The notes under the pieces: model-generated
Seen by the model: only the letters and a program-made list of their open reading frames with translations
What the model was told of the DNA's origin: nothing
Database searches by the model: none
Source: Nitrosococcus oceani ATCC 19707
GTDB lineage: Bacteria > Pseudomonadota > Gammaproteobacteria > Nitrosococcales > Nitrosococcaceae
DNA: 32,000 nt
Reading direction: 5' to 3'
NCBI RefSeq assembly: GCF_000012805.1
Contig: NC_007484.1
Coordinates: forward strand, 750,001-782,000
Program-made: the position numbers and the translations under genes
Shown: piece by piece, positions 9,301 to 16,857 of the stretch
Layout of the letters: each line of letters begins with the position of its first letter
Numbering within the stretch: the stretch's first letter is position 1

Positions 9301-9601
9301 CAGCCTGTCCCTGGCGCTGGGTTTGTCCCATATGGCCAGCAAGAATGTCCGGGTGGACTCGCTGTTCCTGGATGAAGGCTTCGGCACCCTGGACGAAGAA
9401 GCCCTCGACACCGCCTTAGAAGCCCTTGCGGGCCTGCAGCAGGATGGCAAGCTGATCGGGATCATTTCACACGTACCTGCCTTGAAAGAACGGATTAGCT
9501 CCCAAATCCAGGTAACACCTCAAACCGGTGGCAGGAGCAAGATATCGGGGCCTGGATGCGGTGGGTTGAGTGCTGCAAAATGGGCCAAAGAAGCGGGTTA
9601 A
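6326..9601 (+). CDS. sbcC: Exonuclease SbcCD, ATPase subunit C (Rad50-like)
   Basis: Walker A is ITGPTGAGKTTILDAI. Long coiled-coil arms are present, with the zinc hook GKPCPLCGATEHP (about 7931-7960). The ABC signature is LSGGESF and the Walker B/D-loop is SLFLDEGFGTLD. Confidence 0.9.
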   Translation: MRIRQVRFKNLNSLVGEWEIDLTHPAFVSDGIFAITGPTGAGKTTILDAICMALYGRTPRLNKVTKRGNEIMSRQTGECFAEVTFETQTGRYRCHWSQHRARKKPDGELQAPRHEIANADSGEIFESKIRGVADQIESATGMDFHRFTRSMLLAQGGFAVFLQAVQDERAPILEQITGTEIYSQISIRVHERQREEREKLNLLQAETEGIVMLEPEQEQEIGQTLEIKRKEEADLTAKFADTGQAMAWLTTIDGLKKEIVNLADEVRKLQNDIEAFRPDREKLNRALSAASLDGAYATLTAIRKQQVEDREALKAEGEALPGLESSAKEQAESLKSAEQQTARVKEELKVAAPTLQKVRSLDQELANLKKTAAEDKQDCQQDLEKIDTDKQARLEEQEKRSTAHGNLELVDSYLKEHAQDEWLISGLAGVEEQVSSLLSRQNEIHQKEIDQDKAAKALEQATKSLDDCQKQSDLRKQALEDSSKQLQQGKDALSQLLGNRLLREYRTEKETLLREMAFLAKIAELEDHRAKLEDGKPCPLCGATEHPFAAGNVPVADESEQKIDALTRLISEVEDQETAIKEHEKAESLAHKDLTEAEKQESAAANGRKVAEKALAEVTDSLEKLRADFAERRQAVAAKLLPLGITDIPETDISLLPEILRARLKAWQAQVKKKADIEKQITDLDSEVKRLDAVIETQSTALAEKLKRLESLKKELATVSDERNALYGGKNPDDEERCLNKAVADAEGVERWVREQHNELQQQWKTGKALVESLKKGIDQREPELSRLETEFFAALVSVDFSNEEQYLAALLSSERRAELVTTAKDLDDCQTDLKARQKDRETHLATEMAKKVTDQSIEELESQSKEYENTLKELRDIIASLKHKLSENMAAKERLKEKQGAIEAQKKECRRWKNLHELIGSADGKKYRNFAQGLTFEVMVGHANRQLRKMTDRYLLVRDEAQPLELNVVDNYQAGEIRSTKNLSGGESFIVSLSLALGLSHMASKNVRVDSLFLDEGFGTLDEEALDTALEALAGLQQDGKLIGIISHVPALKERISSQIQVTPQTGGRSKISGPGCGGLSAAKWAKEAG

Positions 9602-9723
9602 ATACTTCGTGTTGATAGATGGCCTACGTCGCAGTATCGACAAGGCCGCTAAGTCTGGATGATTGAGCTGGCCGGGGCGTCGCAAGCACTAAGCACCTTA
9701 TGCGATAGTCGTTCTCGCTACGC

Positions 9724-9860
9724 TTGGTTAATATCCATCATAGGTTTCTTCATGTTGCCGATATCTATCTCGACAGTGCTCTGCATGAATTCGAACGGTA
9801 TGAAGGTGTGCCGGTAGATGAGCTTCGAAGTGCCACCCGCCCTAGGTTCCGCGAACAAGC
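9724..9860 (+). pseudogene. N-terminal stump of a second metallophosphoesterase (DNA-repair exonuclease, SbcD/YhaO-like)
   Basis: ..RFLHVADIYLDSALHEFERYEGVPVDELRSATRPRF.. matches the F(L/I)HxADxHLDSPL..YEG.P...R.ATR N-terminus of this nuclease family. Motif I reads DIY instead of DxH. Similarity is lost after about 9860 and the rest of the gene is absent. Confidence 0.5.
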
Positions 9861-9924
9861 CCATGCTAGCGTCAATTCATGGCAAAAAACAAGCAATGTT
9901 GGCTCGCACGCTCGCGAGGGGGTC

Positions 9925-9953
9925 ATTAAACATCCATGTTTAATCCCAATGAT
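9925..9953. repeat. Left copy of a 29-bp direct repeat with palindromic core (ATTAAACATCCATGTTTAATCCCAATGAT)
   Basis: It is 26/29 identical to 17942-17970. The core ATTAAACAT/ATGTTTAAT is a 9-bp inverted repeat. Confidence 0.85.
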
Positions 9954-10074
9954 TTGCCCATAAGCTTACAGGTTATCCTTTTTACTCGCCATTCAGGGGT
10001 TGTTGAACAGGCGGGGGAATTGCGAACTTCGGTGAAAATCTGTGTACATGAACTGTAATCAAACGAGTTAGCCA

Positions 10075-11484
10075 GTGACCGAAGATTGGATCAGTTATCT
10101 TTCTGCAGCGTTCCGGTTTGTCGACCTCCATGACAGTGCACGGAGTTTCGGGGTTACACCCACTACTCTTAAGGAAGAGCGGACAGGACGGCGTGACGGA
10201 GTATGGCTACATCTGGCATGCCATTTACTTTCCTACCTCGATGAATGCGACCTGGAAACCAACGAAGGATGGAATTCTATTGGGCCATTCGTAAAAAATA
10301 TTCGTGGTAGATACCGGCACCTGAAGGACGATGATATTCAGCTGATCATTAGCTATCTGTCTACGCCGACTGAGATTTATTTTCTAAAAGACGAGTCGGC
10401 CGAAAGGCAACTGCGCGTTGCCAGTACAAAAGACACAGCACTGATTGAGCGTCGATCGGCCCGGGGGCAGACGGACTTGTGTCGTCTGACTCAGCGGGGC
10501 CGCTTGGCCATTACCTTGGCTAAGGTGTCACACAATTGGCTCTATACTCATCACGATGCAGACAAATTGATGACGGCGCTCCAGTATGGAGAATTCCATG
10601 ACATCCCACGGCAATGTGCTTCTCTTGGGCAGTCGATCCGAGCGTTTGCACATGAAATCACCCGGACCATGGAGCAGCCAGGAAAAAACGACGTCATTGT
10701 GCATTTTCTTGATCGCGGCAATCAGTACCTCGATTCCATTCGTAAGGTTCAAACGGCTGTACAGAATGCGCGTGAATACCTGGGAACCGTGGATGTACGA
10801 GAGCGTTTTAATCAATGGTTAGATCAGAATGAAGACATGGGACTGGATCTCGGAGTGATACGTCGAACGCTGGATGAACTTATGCAGACGGTTGAGCGTT
10901 TGAGCCGTCGTTTCTCTGCCTTTCTTCATCAGGTCACTGGCACACAACGTGAGGTGGTTGGGGCTATTCCATTCGAGAAGGTGGCACTGGCGTTCGTGTT
11001 TCAGGCGCCTTCATTTCCACTAATGGATATGCTGGCCGGCAAACTTTGGGCATGGCTGCCGCAAATGTGTTTCAGTGCGCCTGAGGACATGCAGGGTATT
11101 CTCCGAGCGGAAATTGATCGGCACCAGATCAGTCAGCCGAAGGTTTTTGGGGAAGACACTAACACTATACGAAAACGAACAGTTATGGAGCTGTTTGTTC
11201 ACGAACACCGCGAGGCAATGTTGACTGCCTTGAAAGCAGGCCCGGTACGGCTCAGTACAGCGTTCACAATGGGCTGGGCAAAGATTGCGGGCCAGTGCCA
11301 TTTGACTGAACTGGTCGGTATCTATAGCGCCCCTTCGTGGCTGGGCTGTGGCAGCGACGCCATCCAGCTTACACTCAAGCCAGGTAGCCTGGATGCCCAT
11401 GTGGAAGGACGCACTTGGTTGGCGGGAGATGACATCGAAATGCGGTTGGTTCAGAAACAAGGAGAGAGCAATGGACTTAAATGA
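10075..11484 (+). CDS. jetA: Putative kleisin-like subunit of a Wadjet/Mks-type SMC system (JetA/MksF position), 469 aa
   Basis: It is the first gene of a tightly packed four-gene operon. Its size and position match JetA/MksF. No enzymatic motif was recognised and the assignment rests on context only. It starts at GTG with a weak RBS, so the start is uncertain. Confidence 0.55.
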   Translation: MTEDWISYLSAAFRFVDLHDSARSFGVTPTTLKEERTGRRDGVWLHLACHLLSYLDECDLETNEGWNSIGPFVKNIRGRYRHLKDDDIQLIISYLSTPTEIYFLKDESAERQLRVASTKDTALIERRSARGQTDLCRLTQRGRLAITLAKVSHNWLYTHHDADKLMTALQYGEFHDIPRQCASLGQSIRAFAHEITRTMEQPGKNDVIVHFLDRGNQYLDSIRKVQTAVQNAREYLGTVDVRERFNQWLDQNEDMGLDLGVIRRTLDELMQTVERLSRRFSAFLHQVTGTQREVVGAIPFEKVALAFVFQAPSFPLMDMLAGKLWAWLPQMCFSAPEDMQGILRAEIDRHQISQPKVFGEDTNTIRKRTVMELFVHEHREAMLTALKAGPVRLSTAFTMGWAKIAGQCHLTELVGIYSAPSWLGCGSDAIQLTLKPGSLDAHVEGRTWLAGDDIEMRLVQKQGESNGLK

Positions 11485-12268
11485 TATGGGACAATTGCAT
11501 GCCTTTCTCATGCGGTACCGGTGCATTGAATCGCGCCCGCGTAGCCGCAATTTGCGGCGCAATGAAAGTGAGCTGGCCAGCATCTTAATCGAATCCGGCA
11601 CTGAAGGTCTTGAACAGATGAATCGTTTTCTTGCCGCTCAAGGCTTGGATCTGATCGAATTTACGGATACGGATATGCCGGGTATCACCACGGGTGGCCG
11701 AGTATGGGTACTTGCACGCAGTCTGGAAGCTGCGCCTCCAGCATACTTTTCGATTGAACAAGTGATGGGGCGCATGAAGTTGCGGGATGATAGCCGCGAG
11801 GTAGCGGCAGTCTGGTATCTGCATATCTGGCTTATTCACTTGGCGCTACTGTACAGCCACAAGGGGCGGGCGGTGTCGGCAGTCTCGGGGTACCTGGATA
11901 GTGCCTTTGAAAAGGAGACTCTGATTCAGTGCGTGCGAGATCACATTGAACGTGTCCGGGGTGTTGGTCTTGAGACGGGGGCAGAACAACGTGTTTACCA
12001 GATCCTAACGGATGAGCGCGGCACGGATATTCCCAAACGGGTCCGGATGTTTCTAGGGTTGATGGTGGATTCTGGATTGCTTAGCCGTGCTGACAGCGGC
12101 GTTTACGAACAAACTTTACTGGGTGCTGTGGAGATCCGCCAAAACTTTAGCCGGACCCTGCAGCACATCCTTCCGGATGAGGATGCCCTGTCCAATATTG
12201 TTAACCTCTCTGCACCGGTAGCAGAGAAAGGAGAAGAGGAGGAAGCAGGGATGAAGGAAACGGAGTAA
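11471..12268 (+). CDS. jetB: Putative KITE-like subunit (JetB/MksE position), 265 aa with an acidic C-terminal tail
   Basis: The ATG at 11471 is preceded by AAGGAGAGAG and overlaps the upstream stop by 14 nt. Its size fits a tandem winged-helix protein. The tail is ..AEKGEEEEAGMKETE. The assignment is by position and size. The longer track ORF (from 11348) overlaps jetA and is not preferred. Confidence 0.5.
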   Translation: MDLNDMGQLHAFLMRYRCIESRPRSRNLRRNESELASILIESGTEGLEQMNRFLAAQGLDLIEFTDTDMPGITTGGRVWVLARSLEAAPPAYFSIEQVMGRMKLRDDSREVAAVWYLHIWLIHLALLYSHKGRAVSAVSGYLDSAFEKETLIQCVRDHIERVRGVGLETGAEQRVYQILTDERGTDIPKRVRMFLGLMVDSGLLSRADSGVYEQTLLGAVEIRQNFSRTLQHILPDEDALSNIVNLSAPVAEKGEEEEAGMKETE

Positions 12269-12270
12269 CC

Positions 12271-15200
12271 ATGTCTACAATCAATCGCATAGAGATCGCT
12301 AATTTTCTCAACCTCAATGGCGAGGGAGAAGCGGAGATATGGGAACCACGTTATCGTGCTGTGACCTTCAACTTCCATGGTCAGTCTACGGCATTGAATA
12401 TGACAAATGGAGTAGGCAAGACCAGCAATGTCGAGGCGTGGCTTGCTCTGCTCACCCGAGATCCGCAGCTGATTTCGAGAACCCGCGAAAAGATGGCACC
12501 GGAGCGTGATGGCTACTACTCGCACATTCGGATTGAATTTGTCGTCCCTGAGCGGGGTGCGACGGTACACGATGATCTTTTCGTCCAGCAGGGGTCACCG
12601 GTGGGCGGCAAGGAAACCTGGGTGTTTGGCATGTATGGCTATCGGTCTGCAGGAAGCATCAATTTCTATTACTACCGTGGCAGTCTAGGGCAAGTACCGG
12701 TGGCCGATACAACCACCAGGGCGGTGGCCTTGTTACCTAACCAAGAATTTCGCGCAGCGCTAAAGGCCGCGGAACGTAATCGGCATAACCCCGTGCGGGA
12801 AGATTGGATTGCCGAGTTAAGTTTGCATGTTTCTCCCGTCAGCATGCGGCGCCAAGCGGAGTATCAAAAGCGAGGGGGTGGCGACAAGAGTGCCGAGCTG
12901 TTTGCCTTAAAGAGTCGCAAGGGCGAGAACTATGATGTCACCTTCTTCTATGAAATCATCGCCCCCGAGTTATTGTCCGGGCTCATGGATCGAGAAGGAG
13001 AAGAAGGCGAACATGAGTTAGAGGATACCATCCTCAATGCGGTGATGGATGTGATTCGCACGCGCCATAACACCCTTCGCAAAAAGATTGAGTTGGAAAA
13101 AGTGAAAGAGGTGTTAGGTGTTCTGGACGAAAATGCAGGGAAGGCGGCGGAGGCGGAGCAGGCGCAAGGACAGTATGAGCAGCAGCGAACGCGCATGGCT
13201 CAAGATGTTGCGCTACTTCAGAATTTAGTCCAACAACAGCCCTTGCCGGGTATCCCTGAATCACCGAGCGGGAAGGATCTTATTGATAGACTAAAGGCCA
13301 GCATCATCATTGAACTGGGAAATCGGGACTATCGGGTTCTTGATGCTGGCATCGCAGGCTTGACCGGAGAATCAGTTAGAGCTCTAAATCAGCGTGCCCA
13401 TGAGGCTCGGTCAGAAGGGCGCAAAATTCCACAAGCTATTGTAATACCCTGTGATAGTTCATCCGGTGAGCGCTCGAGCCTAAAACCTAATTCGTACACT
13501 CCGGCCGTGGCGCGTGATCTTGTGGAATCGAGTAGCAGGTGGGCCAATGGTCTCACTCGACAGATGGCATTGGGTCTGCTCGAGGATCTGGAGAGGTGGT
13601 TTTTGAGTGATGCCGCGCACCGTAACCCCTATCGCACTGAACGAAATGAGCTTGAATACGATATCGAACAGTTAGGACGTGATTTGAGTGCCCAGCAGGA
13701 ACGGAGCAGTGCGATTGCTCAGGAACTTGATGGGCTGCGCGATCAACAAACGCGCATGAAAGAGGATGAGGCCGCTTATAGAGATGTGCAGGCCAGCGGT
13801 GAATTCACCGAAGAGGAATGGAGCGATCCGGGACGCACGGCAGAACAGGTGGTGATTGAGTACCAAAAAGCTGACCAAGCACGGATGGAATTTCTAGGAA
13901 AAAAAGCTCGTATCGAGGTATGGAAGCCGCAATGGGATGACTTTATCCGTCGATTTCCAGAGGAGCCCGATCCAGAAATAGTTCACCAGCAACACCAGGA
14001 AGCCAAGGGAATTGCCGCCCAACACCTGGATGAAGCCAGCCGGCAGAAGGAACAGGCAGAAGATGAAGGCCGTGCCCTGCACGCCAAGGCATCAGAGGGA
14101 GAGTCGGCAGCCACCAGCTACCGGACTCAGGCGGAGCGATTTGATCGGCTGGATGGAGCCCTCGGGACTTATGCTAAGGAATTTGGCAATGAATCTCCCA
14201 CCCGGCTGGATAATCGGGTGGTTCAGGAAAAGGTACAGGCTGAAGCAGATATCAATGCCACGCGTGAGAAGATCGCGAGGTTCCAATCAATGGCGGACGA
14301 TCTGATGCGGTTTTACAGTGAGACGGGGGCCTCCTCTCCAACTGATTGGTTGTCAGCATGTGAGAAAAAGCGAGCCAAGCTCCAGGCGCGTAAGCCAGTG
14401 GTGGAAAGGGAAAGGTCCGAGCTAATACGCCAGCGTCAGGACCTTGAGGAAGAACAGGTTGCAGCCAACCCTTCTGCCCGGCAGGCATTGGACTACCTTG
14501 ACGCAGCCGATGTCCCCTTTAGCCCACTGCATCGGGCCATCGAAGCAATGGGTTTGGATGGCGATCGGCGGAGGGGAGTGCTTTCCTGTTTCTCAGCGGT
14601 CCTGTTTGCACCGGTGGTGGCAACAGACGACGCAGCCCTTGCGGCAGCAGCATGTCTTGCCGAACATGACGTTCAGATCCCCGTGTTTATGGTTGGTGCC
14701 TTGGAGTCCTTCGCAAGGGAGGGGGATTTGAAGGCTGATAAGGACCAGGACTTTTACTACGGGCTGATTGCCGGTGTGACCACCAGGGCTGTCGCCTGCC
14801 TTCTAGATCCGGGTCTCGTGGAACGCGAGAAGGAACGTTTGGATAGTCTCATTGGTAATTTGGTTCAAGAGGCAGGTCAGATCGAGCGCCGGTTAAAGGC
14901 TACGGCCGAAAGCGCACCCTTGATCGTACTGGCCCGTAAGGCACAACTCGCGGTCGAGGCCAATGCTGAATCGGAGCTAACGCGACATAGCGAGCATCTG
15001 AGGACCCTCGAAGACCGTCTACCGATCTTGAAACGGCGCGCATCGGACGAATCACTGAATGCTATTCGGGCAGCTCAGGAGTTTGACCGACTCGGTGGTC
15101 AAAGGAAACGTGATGAGGTCATCCGCAACCTAGAGGAACAGAAACGGCGGCTGGACGACCTTCGGCGCAGGGAGGAGCAGAACAGAACTCAGCGCGAAGC

Positions 15201-16857
15201 ATTAGTACAGGAAGTGAGTGGGGCACAGCAGCGCTTGGAGGTAGCTTACCCTGCTGATCTTCGGGTGTTACTGGAACAGGCGAAGGAGTTCTCAATTCAA
15301 GGAGGTGTCGAGTTCCTTAAGTCGGCACCACGCCGGGAGCAGGAACTGGCAGAAGTGTTGAACCGGGCAAATGCCCGCAAGGAGTACCGCCTGAATCTAG
15401 TCCGGGCAGTAACATATCTGGCTGCAATCCAACGGGCACAAGCGGGAGAGGATATCAATGAGTTGATCGCTAAAAAGAAGGGCGAACTCAAACAGGCGAG
15501 GACCGAGGTTGCTCGTGTGTCCGGGAAGCGGGACGAGTTAATTGCGCGCTGCGAGCCCTTGGACGATGCGATGAAAGCCGTCGATCAGGCAGCTCAGTTG
15601 GCCCTGCAGCATTTTCAACCAGCGTCTAGGGTAGCTCTCGATCTGCCGGGCAGGGATATTGATCGCGAACAGTTGGAATCCAATGAGATTTTTCAGCAAG
15701 CCGATTCGCTACGGGTGGCTGTCGAAAGAGGCTATGACTTGGCGGAGGTGGTTCGACAGGCTGAAACACTCCAGGATCTGCTAAGTCAGTTGGAGATTGA
15801 AAGGGATCTGCAGGAGTTGCGTAGGCTGAAAAATCAGAGTGACAATCACAGGAATACATTTCTTGAGTCAGTCCATCAAGCGAGCAAATATGAAGGGTTA
15901 GGCGATGTTGAACGAGAGAGACTGCAGACGGTTCGAGATCTGAGCGGCACCCAACTCGTTATTGCCATGGCTCGGGATATCCGTGAGATCTATGAGCGAG
16001 AACGATCTCTATATGAGCAGGCCGCGGAGGCTGAGAGCGAGAGCCGCTCACTGGTGACCAAGCGGATTGGTTACTTCATTGAATCGGCACAGGACAATCT
16101 GGATTTGTTTAAACGTGTGGCCAGGGCAAAGCACGGCAATGAGTCGGCACATTTCCAAGTGTCGGCGGATATGATCTCCCGTGAGGAGTCCGAAGCGCTG
16201 ATAGAAAATATAATTTCCACTCTTGATGAAGAGGAAGCAGCACGTAAGAAGCGCCAAAAGCGGGGGATGGAAAATACCGAGAGCGGCGATCAATACCGTG
16301 GCCGGCTTCGTGATCTCATCCGGCAAAACACTTATCGTCGTATTTTTAGATCGCCATCGGTTAAGTATGTGAGTCCCCATATTCGAAACGATGAGCGTCC
16401 ACGATCCTTAACTCGGAGTCTCAGCAGCGGGCAGCGCACGGCCATGACCTTGCAGTGGATTATCCGGCTAGCGGAGTTTGCTATATCCAGGGAACTACAA
16501 GGCTCTATCTCGCGCGTTTCCGCGCGTCGGCGTGCGAGAGAGCGGGCCCAGAGTATTCTCTTCATTGACGGGCTGTTCTCGGATCTATCTGATGAGCAGC
16601 TTATCCGGGAAGCCATGAGCGGTATTCGTAATACTCGGGGGCGGTTCCAGTTGATTGGCTTGATACACAATACGAAATACACCAACGATTTCGATGTATT
16701 TCCCGTACTGCTCTTGGGCAAGGTCATTACCAGCCTTAATGGTTTCGGCGGTTGGGTCATTATTGATGAGAATAATGAAGAGACCAGCACTTTGGCTGAC
16801 ACGGTGCAGGTAGCCGAACTCCGTAAGGAGGTGCGGCCGGCCGAGAATGATAGATGA
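12271..16857 (+). CDS. jetC: SMC/ABC-type ATPase with long coiled coils and a central hinge-like region (JetC/MksB-like), 1528 aa
   Basis: - N-terminal head: INRIEIANFLNL..ALNMTNGVGKTSNVEAW, with Walker A at 12397-12426.
- Two long E/R/Q/A/L-rich coiled-coil stretches.
- A non-coiled A/G/V-rich segment at about 14500-14830 (..FSAVLFAPVVATDDAALAAAACLAEHDVQIPVFMVGALESF..).
- C-terminal head: signature LSSGQRTAMTL (about 16420) and Walker B SILFIDGLFSDLSDE (about 16552-16596).
- An RBS (ACGGAG) lies before the ATG. Confidence 0.8.
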   Translation: MSTINRIEIANFLNLNGEGEAEIWEPRYRAVTFNFHGQSTALNMTNGVGKTSNVEAWLALLTRDPQLISRTREKMAPERDGYYSHIRIEFVVPERGATVHDDLFVQQGSPVGGKETWVFGMYGYRSAGSINFYYYRGSLGQVPVADTTTRAVALLPNQEFRAALKAAERNRHNPVREDWIAELSLHVSPVSMRRQAEYQKRGGGDKSAELFALKSRKGENYDVTFFYEIIAPELLSGLMDREGEEGEHELEDTILNAVMDVIRTRHNTLRKKIELEKVKEVLGVLDENAGKAAEAEQAQGQYEQQRTRMAQDVALLQNLVQQQPLPGIPESPSGKDLIDRLKASIIIELGNRDYRVLDAGIAGLTGESVRALNQRAHEARSEGRKIPQAIVIPCDSSSGERSSLKPNSYTPAVARDLVESSSRWANGLTRQMALGLLEDLERWFLSDAAHRNPYRTERNELEYDIEQLGRDLSAQQERSSAIAQELDGLRDQQTRMKEDEAAYRDVQASGEFTEEEWSDPGRTAEQVVIEYQKADQARMEFLGKKARIEVWKPQWDDFIRRFPEEPDPEIVHQQHQEAKGIAAQHLDEASRQKEQAEDEGRALHAKASEGESAATSYRTQAERFDRLDGALGTYAKEFGNESPTRLDNRVVQEKVQAEADINATREKIARFQSMADDLMRFYSETGASSPTDWLSACEKKRAKLQARKPVVERERSELIRQRQDLEEEQVAANPSARQALDYLDAADVPFSPLHRAIEAMGLDGDRRRGVLSCFSAVLFAPVVATDDAALAAAACLAEHDVQIPVFMVGALESFAREGDLKADKDQDFYYGLIAGVTTRAVACLLDPGLVEREKERLDSLIGNLVQEAGQIERRLKATAESAPLIVLARKAQLAVEANAESELTRHSEHLRTLEDRLPILKRRASDESLNAIRAAQEFDRLGGQRKRDEVIRNLEEQKRRLDDLRRREEQNRTQREALVQEVSGAQQRLEVAYPADLRVLLEQAKEFSIQGGVEFLKSAPRREQELAEVLNRANARKEYRLNLVRAVTYLAAIQRAQAGEDINELIAKKKGELKQARTEVARVSGKRDELIARCEPLDDAMKAVDQAAQLALQHFQPASRVALDLPGRDIDREQLESNEIFQQADSLRVAVERGYDLAEVVRQAETLQDLLSQLEIERDLQELRRLKNQSDNHRNTFLESVHQASKYEGLGDVERERLQTVRDLSGTQLVIAMARDIREIYERERSLYEQAAEAESESRSLVTKRIGYFIESAQDNLDLFKRVARAKHGNESAHFQVSADMISREESEALIENIISTLDEEEAARKKRQKRGMENTESGDQYRGRLRDLIRQNTYRRIFRSPSVKYVSPHIRNDERPRSLTRSLSSGQRTAMTLQWIIRLAEFAISRELQGSISRVSARRRARERAQSILFIDGLFSDLSDEQLIREAMSGIRNTRGRFQLIGLIHNTKYTNDFDVFPVLLLGKVITSLNGFGGWVIIDENNEETSTLADTVQVAELRKEVRPAENDR

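Noticed and set aside
5058-9601. SbcCD as extra components of the SMC system (a six-gene system)
   Set aside because: It is separated from the cassette by about 470 bp of decayed sequence, a gene stump and the left repeat. SbcCD is a complete, self-sufficient, widely conserved pair. Linkage is plausible only as island co-location.
9724-9963. 79-aa ORF as a genuine small gene
   Set aside because: Only the first ~45 residues resemble a nuclease N-terminus, with a damaged metal-binding motif. The rest is unrelated read-through ending in the repeat. It is better explained as a gene stump.
11348-11470. Longer version of the jetB-like ORF starting at 11348
   Set aside because: It would overlap the jetA-like gene by about 137 nt. 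The ATG at 11471 has a strong AAGGAGAGAG SD and gives a typical 14-nt overlap.
11020-12570. 193-aa and 155-aa minus-strand ORFs across the jetA/jetB/jetC junctions
   Set aside because: They overlap three co-oriented, translationally coupled genes. They have no motifs and their composition is typical of antisense frames.
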